NCBI GenBank assembly: GCA_965216785.1
Contig: OZ244197.1
Location: 1,856,001-1,920,000, forward strand
DNA length: 64,000 nt
DNA from: Thermodesulfobacteriota bacterium
Lineage (GTDB): Bacteria; Desulfobacterota_D; UBA1144; Nemesobacterales; UBA2774
Direction of reading: 5' to 3'
Shown here: one piece after another, positions 42,643-50,288 of the stretch
Layout of the letters: each line of letters begins with the position of its first letter
Numbering within the stretch: position 1 is the first letter of the stretch
Made by a program: the position numbers and the translations under genes
The notes under the pieces: generated by a model
The model's input: the letters and a program-made list of their open reading frames with translations, nothing else
The model's database searches: none
Told to the model about the DNA's origin: nothing

Positions 42643-43227
42643 ATGAGCGAAAAAAAATTTATAGATGAAGTTAACCCCGAGAGACGCGAATTTCTGGAAA
42701 AAGTAACTAAAGGCGCATTTATTATCCCAACTGTCGTTTCTGTAATGATGTTGAATCAAAAACTTAACCTTACGACAGCCAACGCGGCGAGCAACATGAT
42801 TTGTCTTTCTTGCGAGACTTTAATATCTACGCCCGAAGGTGAAATTCGGGTAGTTGATTTGAAACCGGGAATGCTTGTCTTTACCCTGGACATGAACGGA
42901 AACAAGGTCATAGAGCGGTTAGAGCTAGTATCGAAAGTAACGGTCCCTGAAACTCATGTACTCTGCCATCTGGTTTTTAGTGATGGGAGAGAGCTCTTTG
43001 TGTCGGGTGGGCATCCGACAGCGGACGGTAGAGATGTTAACGAGCTTGCGCCGGGTGACATGCTCGACGGAGCGGAGGTGGTCTCTGTAGTGAATATTCG
43101 CTACATAGCCGGTCATACCTATGACTTGCTCCCTGCCGGAGAGACGGGAAATTACTGGGCAAACGGTGTTCTGTTGGGCAGCACGCTCGCACCTGAGTCC
43201 GTGAGCAGAATACGGAAGGCCTCTTAA
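42643..43227 (+). CDS. Precursor-like peptide 2 fused to a C-terminal Hint domain
   Basis: Same leader with one substitution; core ASNMI; Hint starts at Cys54 (42802): CLSCETLISTPEG, FVSGGHP, TYDL, YWANGVLLGS. Confidence 0.85.
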   Translation: MSEKKFIDEVNPERREFLEKVTKGAFIIPTVVSVMMLNQKLNLTTANAASNMICLSCETLISTPEGEIRVVDLKPGMLVFTLDMNGNKVIERLELVSKVTVPETHVLCHLVFSDGRELFVSGGHPTADGRDVNELAPGDMLDGAEVVSVVNIRYIAGHTYDLLPAGETGNYWANGVLLGSTLAPESVSRIRKAS

Positions 43228-43337
43228 CTGTAAGGCAAGTTAAGCTAAGGTTTCAGCCTGTTACATTAAGTGCATAATTCATCTTTATGCTATGTAGAGC
43301 TTTCATCCTGTATTAAAATTTTTCCAATGGGTAAAAA

Positions 43338-44444
43338 TTGAGCGATATCCTGTTTTCCGCCTCTATGATCGTCCGAAACGAGGAAAAATTCCTTGAGGGA
43401 TGCCTTGAGTCCATTAGAAACGTCGTGGACGAAATAGTAATAGTCGATACAGGCTCAGTAGACGGCACAAAGGAGATTGCCTTAGAGTACGGTGCGAGGG
43501 TATTTGATTTCCCGTGGAACGGAGATTTCGCGGCAGCGCGTAACGAAGCCCTTCGTCACTGCAGGGGCGAATGGATACTGTATATAGACGCTGACGAACG
43601 GGTGAGGCCCGCCGAAAAGTCCTACGTCACTGAAATTCTCTCGGACGTATCTAAAGTCGCATATACACTTTTGTTTTACCCGATAGTGGGCTATACGGGA
43701 TACCGTGAGCACCGCATCTTCCGAAGCGATCCCCGCATACGTTTTCAGGGGGTTATACACGAAGGTATGCTTTCCGCGATCCAGGACGTTGCGCGCGAGG
43801 ACGGGCTCGAAATCGGTTATTGCGATCTTGTAATAGACCACCTGGGATACGAGGGTGACCTTACGCATAAGCACGAAAGGAACCTGCCCCTACTGAGAGA
43901 TCAGATTGAAAACGACCCAGAAAGAATTTACCTCAGATGGCAGCTCGGCGCGGCGCTTAAGGGACTTGGGGACTTGGATGGTGCGGAGAGGGCGTGGATG
44001 GACGCGATCGACATTATACGCGGAAAGGAAACGGTAGGCCCGGAAGACAGCCATCCGTACTACGACATGATCCGCCTCCTGAATGAGAGTGAGCGTGACT
44101 ACACAGAGCTTCTGGCCGAGTCTTCAAAGCTGTTTCCGGACAACTATTTAATAACCTGGACCAAGGCCATGACGCTGATGCACGATCAAAGATTTGAGGA
44201 TGCTGCGCGGGTGTTTGAATCTCTCGCCGCGATAGATCCGGCAAGCCTTGACGGGGAGATACTTGCCTATAACGCGCGCATATTCGATGAGCTTTCCTAT
44301 GAACCCCTCGCCACGTGTTATTTTAAGCTCGGCAAGCTAGAAGAGAGCGAGAAATATTACGCGCTCGCGCTCAGGTGTGATCCTGAAAATCAGCAATACC
44401 GTACGAAGCTCAAGTTCGTTTCAGCGTTGGTAAATAAATCGTGA
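43338..44444 (+). CDS. GT2 glycosyltransferase with C-terminal TPR repeats
   Basis: SMIVRNEE...CLESI...DEIVIVDTGS.DGT, FAAARN, IDADE, F.GVIHE, HLGY; TPR-like tail. Confidence 0.9.
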   Translation: MSDILFSASMIVRNEEKFLEGCLESIRNVVDEIVIVDTGSVDGTKEIALEYGARVFDFPWNGDFAAARNEALRHCRGEWILYIDADERVRPAEKSYVTEILSDVSKVAYTLLFYPIVGYTGYREHRIFRSDPRIRFQGVIHEGMLSAIQDVAREDGLEIGYCDLVIDHLGYEGDLTHKHERNLPLLRDQIENDPERIYLRWQLGAALKGLGDLDGAERAWMDAIDIIRGKETVGPEDSHPYYDMIRLLNESERDYTELLAESSKLFPDNYLITWTKAMTLMHDQRFEDAARVFESLAAIDPASLDGEILAYNARIFDELSYEPLATCYFKLGKLEESEKYYALALRCDPENQQYRTKLKFVSALVNKS

Positions 44445-44450
44445 TTGATT

Positions 44451-45182
44451 ATGAAAGATGAACCGCTTGTATCATGCCTTTGCGTTACAAGAGACAGAGT
44501 GCCTATGCTCAAAAGAGCGATAAGGTCGTTCAGGGACCAGGATTACGGGCACAAGGAGCTGGTGATCGTGTATGAGAGCGACGACGGTGAAACAGAGGAA
44601 TTTTTAAGAGAAGTTTCAGACGGTAACATTCTCAAAATAAAAGTTCCGGCAGAGCCCAGACTCACGCTCGGAGAGCTCAGGAACCTGGCTCTTAAAGAGA
44701 GTACGGGAGAGTATTTTTGCCAGTGGGACGACGACGATTTCTATCATAATCAGAGGGTTTCATTCCAGATGGAAGTACTGCGCGAGTCTGCTATGCCCGC
44801 CTGCGTAATGGTCCACTGGCTCATATACGATTTGGCGCATGCTCAGGCCTACGTGTCTAATATGAGGCCTTGGGAAGGCAGTCTGCTCTGTAAAAAATCA
44901 CTCATAGATGAAGAGCTTAAGTACGAGGATAAAGGCAGGGGGGAGGACACGGCTTTAATAAGTGAGCTGTTTACGAGAAACCTCGCATTTCCCGTAATTA
45001 TGCCAAAGCTATATATATACGTATACCATGGGGGTAATGTGTGGACAGATGAGCATTGGGGCAGAATATTCAGCGCGAGCACGAAGCTCTCTGAGGAGTC
45101 GAGCAGGGTGATAAGGGACATATTGGACGGGAAATACACAGGTGATGAAGCCTCCGGGCTGCTGGATGATATAACTGAATGA
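44451..45182 (+). CDS. GT2 glycosyltransferase
   Basis: PLVSCLCVT, LGELRN, QWDDDD, GED. Confidence 0.85.
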   Translation: MKDEPLVSCLCVTRDRVPMLKRAIRSFRDQDYGHKELVIVYESDDGETEEFLREVSDGNILKIKVPAEPRLTLGELRNLALKESTGEYFCQWDDDDFYHNQRVSFQMEVLRESAMPACVMVHWLIYDLAHAQAYVSNMRPWEGSLLCKKSLIDEELKYEDKGRGEDTALISELFTRNLAFPVIMPKLYIYVYHGGNVWTDEHWGRIFSASTKLSEESSRVIRDILDGKYTGDEASGLLDDITE

Positions 45183-45209
45183 AATCACCCGCATAACGAA
45201 CTAAGAATT

Positions 45210-46958
45210 ATGGCGATACCCAAAATATTGTATCAGACCTATAAGACCAAAGAGATCCCGGAGCGGCTCGAAGAGTATCGCCGTAAGCTGCTAGAGCTTC
45301 ACCCCGGCTGGGAATACCGGTTTTACGGAGACGACGAGTGCAGGGATTTAGTGAAGAGGTTTTTACCCTCGTTTCTCCCGGTATATGATAGCTGCTCGAT
45401 ACCGGCTCAGAAAGCCGATATATTCCGCATCATAGCGGTCTGGGCGCTAGGCGGGTTTTACCTGGATATCGACGTCGAATGTATACGGAGCGTCGATCAG
45501 CTCTGTGAATTCCACTTAGTATTTGCCGAGGAGCTCACACTTACTCAAGAGCAGGCGAAGGAACTGGGTCACAGGGACCGCCTAAGGGTGGGGAACTTTA
45601 TGTTCGGCAGTGAGCAGGGCCATCCTTTTCTTCTGCGTATTCTAAGGAAAATGGCGGAGGAAAGCAGGCGTGAGATTCGCTCTGAGAACGATGTGCTGGA
45701 ATCCACAGGGCCGGGCCTTGTCACTACCGTATACCATGATGCGTGTGAGGAGCTAAGGGACATCGTACTGCTGCGGAACATCGACCGTGAATGCCCTGTC
45801 ACTGGCGGTGTAGCCTGCCACTTCGGAAATTATGCCATACACCACCATGAAGGCTCCTGGAGGTGGGGGCATGTTAAATCTCCCAAGCTGAAAAACTTTG
45901 CCCGAAGTCAAAAGATCACACCGACTGAGATAAACAAAATCTGCAGCGAGATCGATTCTGAATTAGAAAGGACAAGTAGACCCGAGGATATTTATATATT
46001 AAGAGCATACAAGGAGAAACCATACGATGGCTTAACCTACGTGTTTGACCGAACTTCGGGGCTCGGCATCATTTCTGACAATACGAGCAGTCTTGAAGAT
46101 AAAAAAGTCCTCGTGAGCGGGATGCCCATTATGTTTACCGACAAAGTGTCTAAGCAAAATACCAATGTTATATACACGACATTTGAAAGTACGTCGCTTC
46201 CCCCAGATTGGGTGAGTGCGATAAACGGCTTATTTAACTACTGTATAGTTCCGCACCAGCACGTAAAGAAAGTGTTTGAGGATTCGGGGGTGAGCATACC
46301 AGTCAGCGTCATACACCAGGGATTTACTAGGTATAGGAGGAAAGATAGGAAAGCTCTTGACGATAAGACATACAAGATCGGATTTCTCGGGGTCCCTGTA
46401 GAGAGGAAGAATCTATTCAAGCTATATCAGGCTTGCGCACATCTTCTGGCGGATATACCTGAACTGAGGCTTAGTGTTCATATCCCGGATTATTACGGTG
46501 GGATGAATGTGGAATATCTGGGGATGGTCAAAATGTCACCCTTCGTAGATTGGACCGAAGGTCATCTGGGCGAGAATGAGATCGCAGAGTGGTACAGCGG
46601 GCTTTCGTGTTATGTATTTCCGTCGAGCGGGGAAGGGTGGTCCTTTACTCCGCGGGAAAGTCTTTATCTCGGAGTACCGACTATTTTGTCGGATATCCCT
46701 GTTCACAGGGAGCTTATTGAATCCGGTTACTGCAAAGCGATACCCGTAAGTGGTAGGGAAGAGGCGGTATTTAACTCAAAGGTGTCCGGACAATGGGACA
46801 GGGTTGCGGTTGAGGACATAGAAAACACGATACGAGACCTGTATCTGAATTACGGGAGTTATTATATTAAGGCTATTCAGGGAAGCCGCTGGATAGAGAA
46901 TAAATGGACCAATGAAAGCACTCAGCAGTTACTGCTCGATTATTTGACAAAGGTGTAA
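45210..46958 (+). CDS. Two-domain glycosyltransferase: GT32/OCH1-like DXD domain plus GT4 (GT-B) domain
   Basis: IPKILYQT, KADIFR...GGFYLDID, TGPG; then YTTFES, RKN, FPSSGEGWSFTPRE. Confidence 0.85.
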   Translation: MAIPKILYQTYKTKEIPERLEEYRRKLLELHPGWEYRFYGDDECRDLVKRFLPSFLPVYDSCSIPAQKADIFRIIAVWALGGFYLDIDVECIRSVDQLCEFHLVFAEELTLTQEQAKELGHRDRLRVGNFMFGSEQGHPFLLRILRKMAEESRREIRSENDVLESTGPGLVTTVYHDACEELRDIVLLRNIDRECPVTGGVACHFGNYAIHHHEGSWRWGHVKSPKLKNFARSQKITPTEINKICSEIDSELERTSRPEDIYILRAYKEKPYDGLTYVFDRTSGLGIISDNTSSLEDKKVLVSGMPIMFTDKVSKQNTNVIYTTFESTSLPPDWVSAINGLFNYCIVPHQHVKKVFEDSGVSIPVSVIHQGFTRYRRKDRKALDDKTYKIGFLGVPVERKNLFKLYQACAHLLADIPELRLSVHIPDYYGGMNVEYLGMVKMSPFVDWTEGHLGENEIAEWYSGLSCYVFPSSGEGWSFTPRESLYLGVPTILSDIPVHRELIESGYCKAIPVSGREEAVFNSKVSGQWDRVAVEDIENTIRDLYLNYGSYYIKAIQGSRWIENKWTNESTQQLLLDYLTKV

Positions 46959-47077
46959 GAATTTTAGATTATTGACTAATATTGATAACCGTCTTGTTTT
47001 ATCTGAAGCAATGTGTTAACTTAGAATCACTCTTTAAATGTTTACGCATTTGAAAATTGATAAAGGAGACTGGGAAT

Positions 47078-47248
47078 ATGAGCGACAAGAAATTTCCGGA
47101 GGACGTGAACTCCGAAAGACGCGAGTTTATAGAGAAAGTGACCAAGGGCGCTTTTATTATCCCCACTGTAATATCGGTGATGATGTTGAATCAGAAGCTG
47201 CACCTTACGACAGCAAACGCGAATAGTAACATCCCACCGCCACCTTAA
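47078..47248 (+). CDS. Stand-alone precursor-like peptide 3 (56 aa)
   Basis: AAAGGAG RBS; MSDKKFPEDVNSERREFIEKVTKGAFIIPTVISVMMLNQKLHLTTANANSNIPPPP. Confidence 0.85.
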   Translation: MSDKKFPEDVNSERREFIEKVTKGAFIIPTVISVMMLNQKLHLTTANANSNIPPPP

Positions 47249-47322
47249 ATTGTGGTTTCGGTGATCTGAGCAGCTGGGTTCTGATATAACTTTTGAATAG
47301 TTTTAAAGGAGAACGGATATAA

Positions 47323-47502
47323 ATGAGTGACAAGAAATTTCCGGAGGACGTGAACTCCGAAAGGCGCGAGTTTTTAGAGAAAGTGACCAAGGGCGCTTTT
47401 ATCATCCCCACGGTAATATCAGTAATGATGCTGAATCAGAAGCTAAATCTGACGACAGCCAACGCACAGAGTAATATGACTATCATTAATGAACAGCCGT
47501 AA
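47323..47502 (+). CDS. Stand-alone precursor-like peptide 4 (59 aa, not in the ORF track)
   Basis: AAAGGAG RBS; hand translation MSDKKFPEDVNSERREFLEKVTKGAFIIPTVISVMMLNQKLNLTTANAQSNMTIINEQP. Confidence 0.85.
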   Translation: MSDKKFPEDVNSERREFLEKVTKGAFIIPTVISVMMLNQKLNLTTANAQSNMTIINEQP

Positions 47503-47821
47503 GCTTTAGCATGGAGCAGTATAAATTTATGGCTGTCGTTGATATCTATTAAAAAGTAAGTCCGGCTAGAACGGGGTTGGCGAATGGAGCTCGCCCTTCG
47601 TTTCCGGTAAATGTTTTATATCATTTCAATTTTAAGCTTATTTTGCTGAATTTTGCCAGAATAAGCTTATTCCATCCAAGCTCAAATTAATCTCAACTTA
47701 TCAGATACAATAGAGGTTTTAATAATAAGCCGTAATGAGAATTCTTCGGTCCCTTATATAAATCCTCATTATGTTTATAGTATTATGCTGAGGGTTGGCG
47801 CTCAGAGCGGGATAAAGGAAA

Positions 47822-49099
47822 ATGGTTCAGTACAAAAATCCGGAATGTAAACGCGGCGGTTATAACGGAGGATATCTACCCGACCGCACGCAGGAGCTTT
47901 TGCTCAGGGCATGTCTTCTTAAGGGAGACGAGGCCATTGATGCGTATCGTGAATGGAAGAGCTTAGTCGATCTTGATAACGTCGATCCCGGCTCATACCG
48001 TCTTTTCCCTCTCCTTTACATAAACTTGAAATCACAGGGCTTGGAAGAGCCGATGATGAATATCTTTAAGTGGGTCTACACAAAAACCCGTGAGAATAAC
48101 GAAATACTGCTGCGTAATCTCGGCCCCCTGCTGAAAGAATTCAACAACTGCGGGATCGAGGTCATATTGCTTAAAGGCGCCGGGCTGATTCTCACTTGCT
48201 TCCGGGATTATGGACTTCGCCCCATGGTGGATGCGGACCTTCTCGTTCCTACCGCGAAAACCGGGGACGCGATCGAGCTCATAACAGGACTTGGATGGGA
48301 TTCGTCCATAACACCGCTTAAGGGTTTTAAGGACATGAAGCTGCTGTCCCGGCTCGGATGGACCCCGGGGGACAGAAAGCTCGAGGACTTCACTGAAGAG
48401 TATTTTTGCGTGAGGCACGGGCAGGACTTTACAAACCCTGAGAAGTTCACGATAGACCTTCACTGGCACATGCTCCACGGGTATAACGAGCCTGACGCCG
48501 ACGCGGATTTCTGGCAAGGTGCTGGTACTGTAAACGTGGAAGGCGCGCAAGCGAGGGTACTCGATCCGGCTGATCTGCTTCTTCACGTCTGTTCACACGG
48601 AGTAAGATGGGACCCTCTTCCCGCTATTCGCTGGGTGGCGGATGCGGCATGGATAGTCGACGGCTCAGAAGGTGGTATTGATTGGGAGAGGTTTGTAGAT
48701 GTAACCGCTCGCCACGGTAAGGTGCTTTATGCAAGGGAAGCTATACGCTATTTGAACCGTTATTTGGTACACAAAGTTCCGCAGTCCGTACTAGATCGGC
48801 TAAACACCCTGCCGGTCACGAAAGCTCAATATTTGGAGTATCATATTAGGACGCGTCCGCCTGGAATACTCGACGGTTTTTATGAGCTGGGGTTTCTTTA
48901 CGATAATTATTCGAAGGTCAGTCAGGGTCAAAACCTTTATCGCAGACTCACCGGATACCCCCGGTTCCTTCAGCATGTGTTCGGTATGGAAAAGCTGCGG
49001 CATTTGGTATTGTACGCCGCGTTCGAGTTCGTACGCCGGGGCGCGCATCTGCCGGGCTTGGTGGTCAGGGGACTAAAGAACAAGCTCGTAAAGGGGTGA
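47822..49099 (+). CDS. Nucleotidyltransferase family protein (NTP_transf_5-like)
   Basis: ILLKGAGL, LRPMVDADLLV, IDLHW, LLHVCSHG, RWVAD, IDW motifs. Confidence 0.85.
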   Translation: MVQYKNPECKRGGYNGGYLPDRTQELLLRACLLKGDEAIDAYREWKSLVDLDNVDPGSYRLFPLLYINLKSQGLEEPMMNIFKWVYTKTRENNEILLRNLGPLLKEFNNCGIEVILLKGAGLILTCFRDYGLRPMVDADLLVPTAKTGDAIELITGLGWDSSITPLKGFKDMKLLSRLGWTPGDRKLEDFTEEYFCVRHGQDFTNPEKFTIDLHWHMLHGYNEPDADADFWQGAGTVNVEGAQARVLDPADLLLHVCSHGVRWDPLPAIRWVADAAWIVDGSEGGIDWERFVDVTARHGKVLYAREAIRYLNRYLVHKVPQSVLDRLNTLPVTKAQYLEYHIRTRPPGILDGFYELGFLYDNYSKVSQGQNLYRRLTGYPRFLQHVFGMEKLRHLVLYAAFEFVRRGAHLPGLVVRGLKNKLVKG

Positions 49100-49151
49100 G
49101 GTGGGAGGGGCGGATTGTTTTATTCCGCAAACGTGTGTAGTTCCGATGCAA

Positions 49152-50159
49152 TTATCTTGTCAGGCGCCAGTAAAGCCTTCTAAACTTTCTTAGTATCTTA
49201 CTTTCGATTACCGTCAATGTTACACCTTTTAAAGTTCTAAGCGGGGATCCCTTAATAACGTCTTTCTCTAGATCACTGATTTTATAACGCTTCTGCTCAC
49301 CTGCAGCAGGGCTTGTATTTTCGAGTATGGTTTTCATTCTTTCTTGGAAGAGTTTGTCATCTGCATCCGTACCGCTCGTGTCCGATACCAATATGTGACC
49401 CCTGGGGGTTCTTAGGTACTTTCTCGCGCCCCCTCCGGGGGCGCAAAGGTGCCAGGCATTGGCCTCTGTAGTGACCATGAGTGTGTAATTTTTTTCAACG
49501 AGCCTCGCGCATAAATCGCTCTCTTCCCGGTGCGCCTGGTCCGAGTACCCGTCAACGGCCCATCCCCCTGCTTCCTCTACCGCTTTGCGGCGGTAGCATA
49601 TCGCCCCACCGAGGAGACTATCGACTTCTATGACTTCCGGATCATTATAATAGTGGTGGCCCTGCAGTTTCCAGGTCAGCTCATCAAGAGTAGATGTGAA
49701 TGACCTTTCCGCCAGATTCAAATCCAAGCTCGCCTTTTTCGCTTGAGGTACTGGAAAGCACCCGCCCACTGCAGCAAGCGGCCTGTCGGCGAAAAAATGA
49801 AACGGCTTTAGTATGTTTTCAATGAAACTTGCGTCCGGAAGCATATCGTCATCTATCCTCAGTATGAACTCGATCGATTGCGGCACGGCCTCCATTGCCT
49901 GCTGGTGTCTCTTCCAGCCATCTTTAGTACGAATGATTATGATCTCGTGACCTATGTTTCTGGCAACCGTAAGAAGGTCGGTAATCGCATCGTCTCTCTC
50001 GACAGGTGAATCGCTCTGGTCGTTGATTACAATCATAAAATTCGTAAAAGTTTGATTGAGCAGAGAGTTCAGCAGCACTGCAAGGTAGGAAGGACGGTTC
50101 TTCGTTGGTATGGCTACAGCTATTTTTTCGTCCTTTTTGATTTGCCTTAGTCTATCCAT
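49152..50159 (-). CDS. GT2 glycosyltransferase
   Basis: VAIPTKNR, ILRIDDD, REESDL. Confidence 0.85.
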   Translation of the reverse strand: MDRLRQIKKDEKIAVAIPTKNRPSYLAVLLNSLLNQTFTNFMIVINDQSDSPVERDDAITDLLTVARNIGHEIIIIRTKDGWKRHQQAMEAVPQSIEFILRIDDDMLPDASFIENILKPFHFFADRPLAAVGGCFPVPQAKKASLDLNLAERSFTSTLDELTWKLQGHHYYNDPEVIEVDSLLGGAICYRRKAVEEAGGWAVDGYSDQAHREESDLCARLVEKNYTLMVTTEANAWHLCAPGGGARKYLRTPRGHILVSDTSGTDADDKLFQERMKTILENTSPAAGEQKRYKISDLEKDVIKGSPLRTLKGVTLTVIESKILRKFRRLYWRLTR

Positions 50160-50288
50160 CTTCGTTCGTTTTAAAGCTTAGTGTTTAAATCACAATCGCT
50201 AAGCCAGGAGCTTCCTCTTTCAAAATTTCAGCTACCACCTTAGCTTAATCTTAACTATTAATAAACCAAGAGGCCTAACGTAATGATT

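Noticed and set aside
42166-43227. Classical self-splicing inteins
   Set aside because: There is no terminal His-Asn/Gln, no homing endonuclease and no conserved host protein split around them; only a short tail follows.
42004-47502. CRISPR array or DNA-level repeat element
   Set aside because: The repeats are about 150-bp coding paralogues with their own RBS and mainly synonymous differences; there is no repeat-spacer period and no cas genes.
40868-49099. Lasso peptide or PQQ biosynthesis cluster
   Set aside because: No lasso cyclase or B2 protease is visible, and the cores are too short and lack a ring-forming Asp/Glu pattern; there is no PqqB/C/E and no ExxxY core.
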